Positions 1 through 11,332 are shown, counted from the stretch's first letter. The stretch: 56,340 nt of DNA from Cyanobium sp. (GCA_049426205.1 JBMSXZ010000001.1:1-56340); one strand, 5' to 3'. Numbers and translations are program-made. Notes: a model not told the origin generated them from the letters alone.

Positions 1-3
1 CCC

Positions 4-402
4 TCAGAACCGCCCCGTCAGCGCCCGGGTGGTGCGACCCAGGCCCGCCAGAGTTTCCGGCAGGAACGGGGCTTTGAGCATGCCGCCACCCACCCGCAGA
101 AACAGGCCAGCCAGGGCCAGGTCGAGGGCCGCCACGGCCAGGGCGCAGCCCAGCCAGCTCCAGGCGAAGGCCTGATGCAGCCAGAGCAGCAGCGCCAGCT
201 GCAGGGCCACGCCGGCAAAGGTGGCGAAGCCGATGCCGATGCCCAGCATCACCCCCGCCACCACCAGACGCCGCTTCTCGCGGTCCGCCTCCTGCAGGGC
301 GATCTTGACGTGCAGGTCGACGACCGAGGACATCAGCGCCGTGACGCGCAACATGCCCCGGCCGCCGCCCCGGCGGTCGCCATCGCCGCCGCGCTCGCTC
401 AT
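4..402 (-). CDS. Phage holin family / YqjE-like membrane protein
   Basis: 132 aa with two hydrophobic helices and a C-terminal 'PFLPETL' motif; 4-bp overlap with the upstream DUF883-like gene. Confidence 0.7.
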   Translation of the reverse strand: MSERGGDGDRRGGGRGMLRVTALMSSVVDLHVKIALQEADREKRRLVVAGVMLGIGIGFATFAGVALQLALLLWLHQAFAWSWLGCALAVAALDLALAGLFLRVGGGMLKAPFLPETLAGLGRTTRALTGRF

Positions 403-941
403 GCGGAGCGGCGGCCGGAGAGCAGCATCCCCAGCACCAGGCCCACGCCGGCAGCGATGCCGAGGGCCATCAGCGGCTTCTCCCGCACCGGTTTCTCGAT
501 CCGGGGCCGCAGGGTGGTGTTGAGGTCATCGAGCAGCTGCTCCAGCTGGTCCTCCAGGGGCCGCAGATGGTCAGCCATCTGGTGGGCCTGCTCGCCGGTG
601 CTGCGCAGCAGCTCCTGCAGCTGCTGCCGGACGCCGCCGCTGGTCAGGCCGGTCTGGCGGCTGATCACCTCCACCACAGTGTCGAAACTGCCGCGGGTGG
701 CCTCCAGGGTGTGGCGCGCCACCTCCGGCCACTGGCGCTGGATCGTGGGCAGCAGGGCCTCGAAGCGATCCCGGAAGGCGGCCTGCTGGAGCTGGGGGCT
801 GGCGCCAGGGTTCCGGGGGCTGACGACCTCCTCGTTCAGCAGGGTGGGTCCGGCGTCGCCGTCGTCGGGGGTGCCGTGGCCCTGCTCCGAAAACTGGGAA
901 TTGAAGCCGGGGGTCTGGGAGGTGGGATCCATCGCGTCCAA
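399..941 (-). CDS. YqjD/ElaB (DUF883)-like tail-anchored protein
   Basis: C-terminal 'VREKPLMALGIAAGVGLVLGMLL' is typical of DUF883. Confidence 0.7.
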   Translation of the reverse strand: MDAMDPTSQTPGFNSQFSEQGHGTPDDGDAGPTLLNEEVVSPRNPGASPQLQQAAFRDRFEALLPTIQRQWPEVARHTLEATRGSFDTVVEVISRQTGLTSGGVRQQLQELLRSTGEQAHQMADHLRPLEDQLEQLLDDLNTTLRPRIEKPVREKPLMALGIAAGVGLVLGMLLSGRRSA

Positions 942-1131
942 CGGGGGTAGGGGTCAGGCGGGGACAGAGCCCACTGTGGAATGGGTGTGCGGCGGCCGAA
1001 ACCGCTGCCGGGATCGGGAAACCCGCCGGGAGCCGCCGGAAAGCCGTCTGGGGGCCTCGGGATCAGCCTAGGCAGCCCCCTTGGCAACGTCAGCAGCTTG
1101 GCTACATTTCGACGGCCGTCGGAAGGGCCTG

Positions 1132-4100
1132 TTGGTTCACATCAACCAGGTCGAACTCAACCAGTTCAAATCGTTCGGCGGTTCGATCGCCATTCCGCTC
1201 GAGCCGGGCTTCACGGTGGTCACCGGTCCGAATGGCTCGGGCAAGAGCAACATCCTCGATGCCGTGCTCTTCTGCCTGGGTCTGGCCACCAGCCGCGGCA
1301 TGCGCGCCGAGCGGCTGCCCGACCTGATCAACAGCAGCCTGCAACGCCAGGGCCGCGCCGCTGAAACCACCGTCACCGTGCGCTTCGATCTGGGCGACTG
1401 GTGCCCCGATGAGGCGGAACAGGGCCTGGAGGCCCCGGCCGAGGGCCCCTGGATCCGCCCCGGCCAGCGCGAGTGGAGCGTCACCCGACGGTTGCGGGTG
1501 GCGCCGGGCGGCACCTACAGCAGCAGCTTCAGCGCCGACGGGGTGCCCTGCAACGCCCAGCAGCTTCAAACCCAGCTGCGGCGGCTGCGGATCGACCCGG
1601 AAGGCAGCAACGTGGTGATGCAGGGCGATGTCACCCGCATCGTCTCGATGAGCGCCAAGGAGCGGCGCGGCATTATCGATGAGCTGGCCGGCGTGGCCCT
1701 GTTCGACTCCCGCATCGCCCAGAGCCGCGGCAAGCTCGATGAGGTGCAGGAGCGTCAGGAGCGCTGCCGGATCGTGGAGCAGGAGCTGCTGGTCGGCCGC
1801 CAGCGGCTGGAGCGCGACTGCGCCCGCGCCCGCGCCTACCAGGAGATCCGCCAGCAGCTCCAGCAGGGCCGGGCCCAGGAGCAGGTGCTGGCCTACGAGG
1901 AGAGCCAGGCCGCCCTGGCCGCCCTGGGGCAGCGCCGCCAGGAGCTGCTGGGGCGGCAGGCCGCGACCGGGGAGGCGATCGCCACCGCCGAGGCGGCCGT
2001 GGGGGCGGCGGCCAGCCGGCTGGAGGCCCTGCAGGCGGAGGTCAAGGCCCTCGGCGAAGACCAGCTGCTGGCGGTGCAGGCCGAACTGGCGGGCCTGCAG
2101 GCGGGCGATCGGGAGCGCGAGCGCCAGGCCGAACGGCACCGCGAGGAGGCCGGGGCCCTGCAGCGGCGCCGCCAGGAGCTCGGCCAGCGCCAGGCGGATC
2201 TCGACCGCGAACGGCGGGAGCTGCAAGGGGGTGATGGCGGGGACCTGGAGGCGGCGGAGCGCCGCTGCCGCGAGGCGGAGGCGGCGGTGGAGCTGTCGCG
2301 GCGGCGGCTCGGCGACGTGGCCGATCGCTCCGGCAGCTGGATCGAAGCCCGCCGCCAGCGCGACCAGGGACGCCAGGACCTGCAGACCCGCCTCGGCCCC
2401 CTGGAGAGCGAGGCCAGCCAGCTGGCCGAACGCCTCCGCCAACACCAGGAGCGCCGCCAGGAACTGGAAGCCGAAACGCGGCAGGAGGCGGACGGCAACG
2501 CCGAGGCCCTCAGCGGCCTGGCCGCGATCCGGAGCGAGGAGGAACGGCTGCGCCAGCGGCTGGCGGTGGTGGAGGCGGCGGTGGCGGAAGCGGCCGAGGC
2601 CCTGGCCCTGCAGCAGCGCACCCGCTCCCGCCTGGAGCAGGAGCAGGGCACCCTGGAGCGGGAGATCGCCCGCCACGACAGCCGTCGCGACACCCTGCAG
2701 GAGAGCCGCGGCACCGGCGCCCTGCGGCTGCTGCTGGAGGCAGGACTGGAGGGCATTCACGGTCCCGTGGCCCAGCTGGGGGAGGTGGAGGAGCGCCACC
2801 GCCTGGCCCTGGAGGTGGCCGCCGGTGCCCGCCTCGGCCAGGTGGTGGTCGACGACGACCGCATCGCCGCCCGGGCGATCGAGCTGCTCAAGAGCCGCCG
2901 CGCCGGCCGTCTCACCTTCCTGCCCCTCAACCCCATCCGCGGCGGCAGCGGCGGCGGCTCCACGGCCGCGGCCCTGCAGCGGGGGGCAGCGGCTGGTGCG
3001 GCCCTGGGGGCCGGTGGCCTGGTGGGCCGGGCGGTGGAGCTGATCCGCCACGAACCGATCTACGCCGACGTGTTCCGCTACGTCTTCGGCGACACCCTGG
3101 TGTTCGACACCCTCAGCAACGCCCGCCGCGAGCTGGGCCGCTGCCGGGCCGTGACCCTGGAGGGGGAGCTGCTCGAAAAGAGCGGCGCCATGACCGGCGG
3201 CAGCCTCCAGCCACGGGCGGGCCAGCTCGGGTTCGGCTCGGCCCAGGAGAGCGATGAGGCCGAGCCCCTCCGCCAGCGCCTGCTCCAGATCGGCGAGGGG
3301 CTGCTCGCCTGCCGCCGCCAGGAGGCCCGCCAGGCCGAGCTGCTTGAGGGCAGCCGCCAGGAGCTGCTCAACGCCCGCCAGCAGCTGGCGGCGGTGGAGG
3401 CCCAGCGTCAGGCGGCCGAACGCCAGCTCAGCCCGTTGCAGCAGCGCCGCCAGCAGCTCGAGACCCGCCTGGCCAGGCTCGTCCAGGAGGCCGACGACGA
3501 GGCGCGGCGCCAGCGGCAGCTGCAGGAGACGATCACCCCCCTGCGGGACGCCCTCGCCGCCCTGGATGCGGCGGAACAGGCGGCGGGGGATGGGGGCGAC
3601 AGCGCCCGCTGGCAGGGGTTGCAGGCCGATCTGGAGGCGGCCGACCGCAACCTCAGCGAAGCCCGGGCCCAGCGCGATGCCCTCGAGGCCCGCCGGCGGG
3701 AGCGGGCCCTGGCCGGGGAGCGGCTGACCAGCCAGCTGGAGGCCCTCGGCCAGGAGGAGAAACGGCTGCTGGAGGCGGTGCAGGCGCTGGTGGCGGAACG
3801 GGAAGACTGGAAGCGTCGCCAGCAGGCCGCCGCCGAACAGCGCACGGCCCTGGAGGCCCGCCAGAGCGAACTCACCGCCCGCTTCGGCGAAAGCCGGCGC
3901 CAGCGCGATGGGGCCGAAGCCCAGCTGGCCTCCCTGCGCCAGACCCTGCAGCAGCAGCAGTGGCAGCAGCAGCGGCTGGCGGAGGAGCTCAGCGCGCTCA
4001 GCGAGGAGGAGCGCAGCCAGGGCCTGCGGCTGGAACAACTGCAGCGCACCCTCCCCGATCCGCTGCCGGAAATCCCCGCGGAGCTGCGCGAGGCTGGGGT

Positions 4101-4743
4101 GGAGGAGCTGCGCTCACGCCTGGCCACCCTGCAGCAGCGGCTTGAGGCCCTCGAGCCGGTCAACATGCTGGCGCTGGAGGAGCTTGAGCAGCTGGAGGCC
4201 AGGCTGGCCGAGCTGGAGGAGCGGCTGGAGGTGCTCAGCAAGGAGCGCGAGGAACTGCTGCTGCGGATCGAAACGGTGGGAACCCTGCGCCAGGAGGCGT
4301 TCCTGGAGGCCTTCCACGCCGTGGATGGCCACTTCCGTTCGATCTTCGCCGATCTCTCCGAAGGCGAGGGCCACCTGCAGCTGGAGAACCCGGAGCAGCC
4401 CCTGGAGGGCGGCCTCACCCTGGTGGCCCATCCCAAGGGCAAGGCGGTGCGGCGGTTGGCGGCGATGTCCGGGGGTGAGAAATCGCTCACCGCCCTCAGC
4501 TTCCTGTTCGCCCTGCAGCGGTTCCGCCCCTCACCCTTCTATGCCCTTGATGAGGTCGACAGCTTCCTCGACGGCGTCAACGTGGAGCGGCTGGCCGGCC
4601 TGATCGCCGCCCAGGCGGACGCGGCCCAGTTCCTGGTGGTCAGCCACCGGCGCCCGATGATCGCCGCCTCCACCCGCACGATCGGCGTCACCCAGGCCCG
4701 CGGCTCCCACACCCAGGTGGTCGGTTTGCCCTCCGCCGCCTGA
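1132..4743 (+). CDS. smc: Chromosome segregation protein SMC
   Basis: FKSF, Walker A GPNGSGKSN, coiled coils, hinge, signature MSGGEKS, Walker B LDEVD; probable TTG start at 1132. Confidence 0.97.
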   Translation: MVHINQVELNQFKSFGGSIAIPLEPGFTVVTGPNGSGKSNILDAVLFCLGLATSRGMRAERLPDLINSSLQRQGRAAETTVTVRFDLGDWCPDEAEQGLEAPAEGPWIRPGQREWSVTRRLRVAPGGTYSSSFSADGVPCNAQQLQTQLRRLRIDPEGSNVVMQGDVTRIVSMSAKERRGIIDELAGVALFDSRIAQSRGKLDEVQERQERCRIVEQELLVGRQRLERDCARARAYQEIRQQLQQGRAQEQVLAYEESQAALAALGQRRQELLGRQAATGEAIATAEAAVGAAASRLEALQAEVKALGEDQLLAVQAELAGLQAGDRERERQAERHREEAGALQRRRQELGQRQADLDRERRELQGGDGGDLEAAERRCREAEAAVELSRRRLGDVADRSGSWIEARRQRDQGRQDLQTRLGPLESEASQLAERLRQHQERRQELEAETRQEADGNAEALSGLAAIRSEEERLRQRLAVVEAAVAEAAEALALQQRTRSRLEQEQGTLEREIARHDSRRDTLQESRGTGALRLLLEAGLEGIHGPVAQLGEVEERHRLALEVAAGARLGQVVVDDDRIAARAIELLKSRRAGRLTFLPLNPIRGGSGGGSTAAALQRGAAAGAALGAGGLVGRAVELIRHEPIYADVFRYVFGDTLVFDTLSNARRELGRCRAVTLEGELLEKSGAMTGGSLQPRAGQLGFGSAQESDEAEPLRQRLLQIGEGLLACRRQEARQAELLEGSRQELLNARQQLAAVEAQRQAAERQLSPLQQRRQQLETRLARLVQEADDEARRQRQLQETITPLRDALAALDAAEQAAGDGGDSARWQGLQADLEAADRNLSEARAQRDALEARRRERALAGERLTSQLEALGQEEKRLLEAVQALVAEREDWKRRQQAAAEQRTALEARQSELTARFGESRRQRDGAEAQLASLRQTLQQQQWQQQRLAEELSALSEEERSQGLRLEQLQRTLPDPLPEIPAELREAGVEELRSRLATLQQRLEALEPVNMLALEELEQLEARLAELEERLEVLSKEREELLLRIETVGTLRQEAFLEAFHAVDGHFRSIFADLSEGEGHLQLENPEQPLEGGLTLVAHPKGKAVRRLAAMSGGEKSLTALSFLFALQRFRPSPFYALDEVDSFLDGVNVERLAGLIAAQADAAQFLVVSHRRPMIAASTRTIGVTQARGSHTQVVGLPSAA

Positions 4744-4786
4744 TCTGGCCGGGTGGGTCACAATGGGCCGACTACCACCCCGGGAC

Positions 4787-6091
4787 TTGACCTCCTCCAC
4801 CCCTGCCGCTCCCGACCCCAACGCCCCGGTGCCGAGCGATCGCCTCTGGCTGCGCTCCGAACTGATGGGCACCCAGGTGATCACCCGGGACACCGGCCGG
4901 CGGCTGGGGGTTGTCGGCGAGGTGGTGGTCGACATCGACCGGCGCGAGGTGGTCGCCCTGGGGCTGCGCGACAACCCCTTGACCCGCTTCCTGCCAGGAC
5001 TGCCCCGCTGGATGCCGCTGGAGCGGATCCGCCAGGTGGGTGATGTGATTCTGGTCGATTCAGCCGATTCCCTGGCCGAGGGCTTCGATCCCGAGCGCTA
5101 CAGCAAGGTGATCAACTGCCAGGTGATCACTGAATCCGGCGCCCAGCTCGGCCGGGTGCTGGGGTTCAGCTTCGATGTGGAAACCGGCGAGCTCACCACC
5201 CTGGTGATCGGAGCCCTCGGCGTGCCCCTGCTGGGAGAGGGTGTGCTGAGCACCTGGGAGATGCCGGTGGGGGAGATCGTCAGCAGCGGCTCCGATCGGA
5301 TCATTGTTTATGAGGGAGCCGAGGACAAGCTCAAGCAGCTCGGCACCGGCCTGCTCGAAAAACTCGGCATCGGCGGTGGTGGCTGGGAGCAGGAGGAGCG
5401 TCAGCGGTTCCGGGCCGGAGCCGTGCCGGCCGAGAACCAGCTGCCGGCAGGTCTGCCCACGGCCATGGAGCAGCGCCGCATCGCCCCCGCCAGCAGCAGC
5501 GTTCTGCGCCCCGAACAGGACTACGACTATGTGGAGCTGGAGGAGCGGCCCGAGCGCGATCCCCAGCGCCAGCGCCGCTACCTCGATCAGGAGGAAGCCC
5601 CAAGCGGCCGGCGCTTGCCTGAGGAGCGCTACCGGGAGCCCTACGAGAGTCGCTTCGGCGAGCGCTACAGCCCCGCTGGCGACGAGCGCGACCGGGAGCG
5701 GGCCGGCGACAACAACGGCCCGGGCTACGGCGAGCGCAGGGGCGGCGGCAGCGAGCGCTGGGCTGGCCAAGGATCCGATCGCTTCGATGGGCGGGCCAGC
5801 GAGTGGGCCAGGGAGCGAGGTGATGAGGCTGATGGCGGGCGGGACAGCTCTTCAGGCCGCGAAGCAAACCGTGGCGGTGCCGGCGGCAGCGGCCGCTTCC
5901 CGGCGGGCGGGAGCGAGCGCTGGGGCAGCGAAGGCCCGGAGCCTGATCGCCCCCCCCGCCCCCGGGAGGCGGAAGAGCCTGGGGGCAGCGCCCGTCGCCG
6001 GCCGCTGGAGGCGAGCCCCGCAACCCCGGATTCCCCCAGGGCTCGCCAGCCCGTGGAAGTGGAAGCGGAGGTGCTGGACGATCCCTGGTGA
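4787..6091 (+). CDS. PRC-barrel domain protein with low-complexity C-terminus
   Basis: Two PRC-barrel repeats (GTQVITRDTGRRLGVV; VITESGAQLGRV) and terminal 'DDPW'; start uncertain (4763 or 4787). Confidence 0.85.
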   Translation: MTSSTPAAPDPNAPVPSDRLWLRSELMGTQVITRDTGRRLGVVGEVVVDIDRREVVALGLRDNPLTRFLPGLPRWMPLERIRQVGDVILVDSADSLAEGFDPERYSKVINCQVITESGAQLGRVLGFSFDVETGELTTLVIGALGVPLLGEGVLSTWEMPVGEIVSSGSDRIIVYEGAEDKLKQLGTGLLEKLGIGGGGWEQEERQRFRAGAVPAENQLPAGLPTAMEQRRIAPASSSVLRPEQDYDYVELEERPERDPQRQRRYLDQEEAPSGRRLPEERYREPYESRFGERYSPAGDERDRERAGDNNGPGYGERRGGGSERWAGQGSDRFDGRASEWARERGDEADGGRDSSSGREANRGGAGGSGRFPAGGSERWGSEGPEPDRPPRPREAEEPGGSARRRPLEASPATPDSPRARQPVEVEAEVLDDPW

Positions 6092-7305
6092 TCGCTGCTA
6101 TGCCAACCACCACCCTCTTCGTCTGTCATGAGGGCCAGCGCACCGGTGCCCCCCTTCAGCTGCTCTGGCTGATCCGCTGGCTGATCGCCAACACCACGAT
6201 CCAGCCCCAGGTGGCGCTGATGCGGGATGGCCCCCTCCGCCAGGAGTTCGCCGCCCTCTGCCCCACCCACACCTTCACCAGGCCGATCGCCGAGTCCTGG
6301 CGCCGCCGGCTGCGGCGCCGCTTTGACCCCTCCCTCAACCCGGATCCCGACACCTGGCTCGCCGCCCTGGTCGATCGTCTCAACCCTGACTGCCTGTACC
6401 TCAACACCCTGGTGCTGGGCTACTGCCTGGGGACCTTGCGGCTCGATCGCCGCCGCACCCGGGTGATCAGCCATGTCCATGAACTTGAGATCGGCCTGAT
6501 GATCTCCAGCACCCAGGAGAATGTGGCCCGCCAGCTGGCGCTCTCCGACACGGTGGTCTGCTGCGCCGATGTCGTGAAACACAATCTGATCAGCCAGCAT
6601 CAGGTGGAGCCCTCACGCTGCCTGGTCGTTCCCGTATTCCTCCCCTTCCAGGCTCCAGTCGAGCTGGAGACCCTCCGCTGCCACGATCAACCCTCCCAGC
6701 AGGTGATCGACACCCTGCGGCGCCATCGCCAGGAAGGCTGTTTTTTGTTCGGCTTCGCCGGCTCACCGATCGATCGCAAGGGCTTCGATCTCTTTCCTCA
6801 GCTGGTGCAGCGCTATGCCAGCCACTACGACCAGGTGCCGTTCAAAGCGGTGTGGGTGGGCTGCGCTCCCGGTTCATTGGGCTATGTCAAGGCCGATCGC
6901 GACCTGCGGCTGCTCGGGGTGAGGGAGCACGCCCTGCTCCTGCCCGGCGTGTCGTGCGGGGCGGCCGCCCTGGCCGAGCTCGATGCCCTGATGCTGCTCT
7001 CCCGGGAAGACCCCTATCCGGTGGTGGCCCTCGAGGCCGGCGCGTTGGGCATCGCCACCGTCTGCTTCCGCCACAGCGGTGGCATCGCCAGCTTGGCGGA
7101 GGAGGGCTATGGCCTGGCCGTCGACTACCTCGATCTGGAGGCCTTCGCCGCAGCCCTGGAGCAGCTCCGAACCGACCCCGCCGGCCGCCGGTCGCTCGGA
7201 GAGCGCTTCAGCCAGCGGGTGTTCGCGGTCAACACGGTGGCGGTCCAAGGCGCCCGCATCGCCTCGCTGATCAACGGCGACGTGCCAGCCGGTTCAGCGG
7301 CCTGA
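6088..7305 (+). CDS. Glycosyltransferase family 4 (GT-B)
   Basis: 'SHVHEL', 'RKGFDLF', 'SREDPYPVVALEA' motifs. Confidence 0.85.
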   Translation: MIAAMPTTTLFVCHEGQRTGAPLQLLWLIRWLIANTTIQPQVALMRDGPLRQEFAALCPTHTFTRPIAESWRRRLRRRFDPSLNPDPDTWLAALVDRLNPDCLYLNTLVLGYCLGTLRLDRRRTRVISHVHELEIGLMISSTQENVARQLALSDTVVCCADVVKHNLISQHQVEPSRCLVVPVFLPFQAPVELETLRCHDQPSQQVIDTLRRHRQEGCFLFGFAGSPIDRKGFDLFPQLVQRYASHYDQVPFKAVWVGCAPGSLGYVKADRDLRLLGVREHALLLPGVSCGAAALAELDALMLLSREDPYPVVALEAGALGIATVCFRHSGGIASLAEEGYGLAVDYLDLEAFAAALEQLRTDPAGRRSLGERFSQRVFAVNTVAVQGARIASLINGDVPAGSAA

Positions 7306-7306
7306 A

Positions 7307-7795
7307 TCAGGCCTCCTGAAAGCTGAGCGAAGCGGAGTTGACGCAATAGCGCAACCCCGTGGGCCTGGGGCCGTCATTGAACACATGGCCGAGATGGGCG
7401 TCGCAGTTGGCGCAGCGGATTTCGGTGCGCACCATGCCGTGGGAGCGGTCGGTGATGGTGGTGATCGCCGCGGCGTTCACCCCCTGCCAGAAGCTGGGCC
7501 AACCGGTGCCGGACTCAAACTTGGTGGCGGAGCTGAACAGCTCGGCATCGCAGCAGATGCAGCGGTAGGTGCCCTGACCCTTGTGATTCCAGTAGGCGCC
7601 GGTGAAGGCCCGCTCGGTGCCCCCCTGGCGGGTGATCCGGAACTGTTCGGGGGTGAGCCGCTGGCGCCAGGCCTCCTCATCGAGGCCCCGGGCCAGGCCG
7701 CTGGGCAGGCCGCAGGCGGAACCGGCAGCGTTGCCGCCATCGCTGGCGGCCGGGGCGGCATCGGCGAGGGTGGGATCGAACGCAGACTCCGGCAT
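7307..7795 (-). CDS. msrB: Peptide-methionine (R)-S-oxide reductase
   Basis: GTERAFTG, CxxC, SGTGWPSF, HLGHVFxDGP, RYCVNS. Confidence 0.97.
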   Translation of the reverse strand: MPESAFDPTLADAAPAASDGGNAAGSACGLPSGLARGLDEEAWRQRLTPEQFRITRQGGTERAFTGAYWNHKGQGTYRCICCDAELFSSATKFESGTGWPSFWQGVNAAAITTITDRSHGMVRTEIRCANCDAHLGHVFNDGPRPTGLRYCVNSASLSFQEA

Positions 7796-7826
7796 CGCAG
7801 CGGTGGGGAGGGGACGGGTCGCAACC

Positions 7827-9098
7827 CTAGGCAGGGGGAGCAGCCGGCAGCAGATCGCGCACCAGGCCGGCCAGGGCCGCCACCGCCCCGGGGCGACCCC
7901 GCAGGCTGCGCAGGTCGTCGGCCATCCCCTGCAGCCGGGCCGGATGGGCCAGCCAGTCCGCCGCCTCAGCAGCGATCTGGGGAGGGGTGATCGGCCCGAC
8001 CCGCTCCGGCACCACCGCCCGATCGGCGCTGATGTTGGGCCAGGCCAGAAAACCGCGGTGGCGCATCCGCCAGGCGGTCAAGGCCGCCCCCAGCAGCCTT
8101 CGGCTGAACGGCAGGCGCGCCAGCAGCCCCATCCAGCCATCCCAGGCCTGCATCACGTGCAGGTGCTGGGTGGGCACGAGCACGATCATCGGCAGGCCCA
8201 GGGCGCCGAGTTCGGCGGTGTTGGCCCCCACGGTGGTCAGGGCGAGGCGGCACTGGCTCAGGGCCCCATGGGCCGGATGCTCCTCCAGCAACGCGATCGT
8301 GGTGCCGGCTGCGGTGATCAGCCGCGCCCCGTGGCGCTGGGGTTCCCGGCAACCGAAGAAGCGGGCGATCGGGTTGCTGGGGCCGGCGAAGGCCAGCAGC
8401 TCCGCCGCGTTGGTGGTGGGCGCCAGGGGCAGCACGAAGCGCACCCCAGGCCTCAGGGCCGCCAGCCGGTCTGCGGTCTCCAGCAGGAAGGGCACCCCCA
8501 CCTGCAGCTTGGCCCGCTTCGAACCGGGCAGCAGCGCCACCCACTCCCCGTCCGGCAGGGGGTCGACGGCGCGGGCGGCGGCGGAGAGGTCGGCCATCAG
8601 GTCACCCACCTCCAGGCTGCGGCTGCGCCAGCGGGGTGCCAGGCGGCCGCTGGCCTCGGGGCCCATGGTGGCGATGCGATCGTTCCAGCGGGGCCAGCGC
8701 GCCACCCACTCGGCGTAGGTGAGGTGGCGATAGCCGAGCCGGGCCGAGAGCAGCACCGTCCAGAACTGGTCCCCCCCCAGGAACACCACCACCCCATGGC
8801 GGGGCCAGGGTCCATGGCGGACTGGCCGCAGCAGCAGCCACCAGAAGCGGGTGGCGGGCACCACCCGACTGAACAGCTGCCAGCGGCGCGCCACCGCATC
8901 TTCCTGGCCGGTGGCGTTGGGGCAGGGCACCAGCACCAGATCCAGACGGCAGGGGGCAGCCGGATCGCGGGGGCGCAGGGGGAGGAGGCGATGGAGCTCC
9001 TCGGCCAAAGGCCGCACCCAGGTGCTCAGCTCACCGGGACCGTTGCTCACCAGCACGATCGCGGCCCCGGGCTGGACCTCCGGCGACGCCTGGCTCAC
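7827..9098 (-). CDS. Lipid-A-disaccharide synthase-related protein (LpxB-like)
   Basis: 'SNGPGE', 'LLPGSK', '[11 protein letters not shown]' motifs of cyanobacterial LpxB-like proteins. Confidence 0.8.
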   Translation of the reverse strand: MSQASPEVQPGAAIVLVSNGPGELSTWVRPLAEELHRLLPLRPRDPAAPCRLDLVLVPCPNATGQEDAVARRWQLFSRVVPATRFWWLLLRPVRHGPWPRHGVVVFLGGDQFWTVLLSARLGYRHLTYAEWVARWPRWNDRIATMGPEASGRLAPRWRSRSLEVGDLMADLSAAARAVDPLPDGEWVALLPGSKRAKLQVGVPFLLETADRLAALRPGVRFVLPLAPTTNAAELLAFAGPSNPIARFFGCREPQRHGARLITAAGTTIALLEEHPAHGALSQCRLALTTVGANTAELGALGLPMIVLVPTQHLHVMQAWDGWMGLLARLPFSRRLLGAALTAWRMRHRGFLAWPNISADRAVVPERVGPITPPQIAAEAADWLAHPARLQGMADDLRSLRGRPGAVAALAGLVRDLLPAAPPA

Positions 9099-9115
9099 GG
9101 TGGGAAAGAAAGAAA

Positions 9116-9197
9116 TGCGGATGGCGAGACTTGAACTCGCAAGGCCGAAGCCACACGCCCCTCAAACGTGCGTGTCTACCAATTCCACCACATCCGC
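9116..9197 (-). tRNA. tRNA-Leu(GAG)
   Basis: Reverse complement GCGGATGTGGTGGAATTGGTAGACACGCACGTTTGAGGGGCGTGTGGCTTCGGCCTTGCGAGTTCAAGTCTCGCCATCCGCA folds as a cloverleaf with long variable arm and GAG anticodon. Confidence 0.96.
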
Positions 9198-9344
9198 GTG
9201 GGTGCGACCCGGCCGAGCCGGCTCACACAGCGACTATACCCATGCGCCCCCTCCCCCGGCCCGCCGAACGGGGGCAGGGTGAGCGCTGATACAGTCCGCA
9301 CCAGCCCCGGGACCGCCCATCCACCCCGGCCGGCTCCGCCGCGG

Positions 9345-10694
9345 ATGCCCATCGGCAAGCTGCTGATCGCCAACCGGGGCGAGATCGCCCTCCGGATCCT
9401 GCGCACCTGCCGGGAGCTCGGCATCGCCACGGTGGCGGTGCACAGCACGGTGGACCGCAATGCCCTGCACGTGCAGCTGGCCGATGAGGCTGTGTGCGTG
9501 GGCGAGGCGCCCAGCAGCCGCAGCTACCTCAACATTCCCAACATCCTGGCCGCCGCCACCTCCCGCGGCGCCGATGCCATCCACCCGGGCTACGGCTTCC
9601 TGGCCGAGAACGACCGCTTCGCCGAAATCTGCAGCGACCACGGCATCACCTTCGTCGGGCCATCTCCCGAGTCGATCCGGGCGATGGGGGACAAATCCAC
9701 CGCCAAGGCCACCATGCAGGCGGTGGGGGTGCCGACGATCCCGGGCAGCGAGGGGCTGCTTGAGAGCCCCCGCGAGGCGGCGGAGCTGGCCGAGCGGATG
9801 GGCTATCCGGTGATGATCAAGGCCACCGCCGGCGGCGGGGGCCGCGGCATGCGGCTGGTGCCCGGGCCCGAGCAGCTGGAGAACCTGTTCAAGGCAGCCC
9901 AGGGGGAGGCGGAGGCGGCCTTCGGCAACCCCGGCCTCTACATGGAGAAATTCATCGACAGGCCGCGCCACGTCGAGGTGCAGGTGCTGGCCGATCGCCA
10001 CGGCAACGTGGTGCACCTGGGCGAGCGCGACTGCTCGATCCAGCGCCGCCACCAGAAGCTGCTGGAGGAGGCCCCCAGCCCCGGCCTCGACCCCGAACTG
10101 CGCCGCCGCATGGGCGACGCGGCCGTGGCGGCAGCCCGCAGCATCGGCTACGAGGGCGCCGGCACGGTGGAGTTTCTGGTCGACCGCGGCGGTGGCTTCT
10201 ATTTCATGGAGATGAACACCCGCATCCAGGTGGAGCATCCGGTCACCGAGATGGTCACCGGCATCGACCTGATCGCCGAGCAGCTGCGGATCGCCGGCGG
10301 CGAACCGATCTCGGTGCGGCAGGAGGAGGTGCGGCTCAGCGGCCACGCAATCGAGTGCCGCATCAACGCGGAAGACCCCTCCCAGAACTTCCGGCCGGCA
10401 CCGGGCAAGATCACCGGCTGGCTGCCCCCGGGGGGTCCCGGCGTGCGGATCGACAGCCATGTGTACACCGGCTATGAGATCCCGCCCTTCTACGACTCCC
10501 TGATCGGCAAGCTGATCGTCTGGGGCGTCGACCGCGACCATGCCCTCAGGCGGATGCGCCGGGCCCTCTCGGAGTGCGCCGTCACCGGCATCCCCTCCAC
10601 GATCGAGTTCCACCTGGCCCTGCTCGACCGGCCCGAATTCCAGCGGGGTGAGGTTTACACCAAGTTCGTCGAGGAGCAGATGCTGCCGACCTAG
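9345..10694 (+). CDS. accC: Acetyl-CoA carboxylase biotin carboxylase subunit
   Basis: [49 protein letters not shown]; ATG at 9345. Confidence 0.97.
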   Translation: MPIGKLLIANRGEIALRILRTCRELGIATVAVHSTVDRNALHVQLADEAVCVGEAPSSRSYLNIPNILAAATSRGADAIHPGYGFLAENDRFAEICSDHGITFVGPSPESIRAMGDKSTAKATMQAVGVPTIPGSEGLLESPREAAELAERMGYPVMIKATAGGGGRGMRLVPGPEQLENLFKAAQGEAEAAFGNPGLYMEKFIDRPRHVEVQVLADRHGNVVHLGERDCSIQRRHQKLLEEAPSPGLDPELRRRMGDAAVAAARSIGYEGAGTVEFLVDRGGGFYFMEMNTRIQVEHPVTEMVTGIDLIAEQLRIAGGEPISVRQEEVRLSGHAIECRINAEDPSQNFRPAPGKITGWLPPGGPGVRIDSHVYTGYEIPPFYDSLIGKLIVWGVDRDHALRRMRRALSECAVTGIPSTIEFHLALLDRPEFQRGEVYTKFVEEQMLPT

Positions 10695-10808
10695 GCCTCC
10701 CGACGCCCGCCGTTCCCCCTACCGCTCCCCAAACCACGGCGGCCGGAGCAGCCAGGCCCATGGGGGACGCCGCTGGGGAGCTGACCTGGGCGGAATCAAC
10801 GGAGGGCT

Positions 10809-11126
10809 TCAGCCCACCACCGTGGTGGCAGTGGCCCGCAGCATCGCCTGGGTCACCACCCCCTGCTGGCCCACCAGCAGCTCCCGCAGCAGGCTGATCA
10901 GCCCCACCCACACCACCGGCGCCACATCCACCCCACCGATCGGCTGGATCAGGCGGCGGGTGGGTGCCAGCAGCGGCTCGGTGGGCCAACCGAGCAACCG
11001 CCCGGCGCCCTGGCTCAGGTCCACCTGGGGGTACCAGGTCAGCACGATCCGGGCCAGGAACAGCAGGGTCCAGGCGCCCAGCAGCAGCCCGAGGAGCAGA
11101 TGGAGCAGGGGCAGGGGCGCCGTCAC
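10809..11126 (-). CDS. YggT family membrane protein
   Basis: 'RIVLTWYP...[22 protein letters not shown]'; start uncertain (11126 or 11171). Confidence 0.88.
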   Translation of the reverse strand: MTAPLPLLHLLLGLLLGAWTLLFLARIVLTWYPQVDLSQGAGRLLGWPTEPLLAPTRRLIQPIGGVDVAPVVWVGLISLLRELLVGQQGVVTQAMLRATATTVVG

Positions 11127-11209
11127 AAAGCTCAAAGCGAAAGCGCTTCCATCGTAAGAAGCGCCCGTCACTGCTTAAGATCCTGCGAGCTTGCCACGAA
11201 GCCGACGCC

Positions 11210-11332
11210 ATGACCCCCTCGCTCTCCAACTTTCTGAGCAGCCTTGTGTACGGCGCCCTGATCGTGGTGATCCCGATCTCGATCGCCCTCTTCTTCATCA
11301 GCCAGAACGACCGGGTCGACCGCAAGCTCTGA
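11210..11332 (+). CDS. psbX: Photosystem II protein PsbX
   Basis: [40 protein letters not shown], embedded at the end of ORF 10964..11332. Confidence 0.95.
   Translation: MTPSLSNFLSSLVYGALIVVIPISIALFFISQNDRVDRKL

Noticed and set aside
4-402. Prophage inferred from the holin-family gene
   Set aside because: Paired with a DUF883-like gene as in cellular yqjDE modules; no phage genes nearby
1102-4038. 978-aa antisense ORF and similar long ORFs (25171..27405, 14956..16764, 44736..46760)
   Set aside because: Shadow frames opposite well-supported genes, expected in high-GC DNA, with no recognisable motifs
9116-9197. tRNA-Leu as the island integration site
   Set aside because: It is flanked by core genes, with no integrase and no duplicated tRNA 3' end noticed in the window
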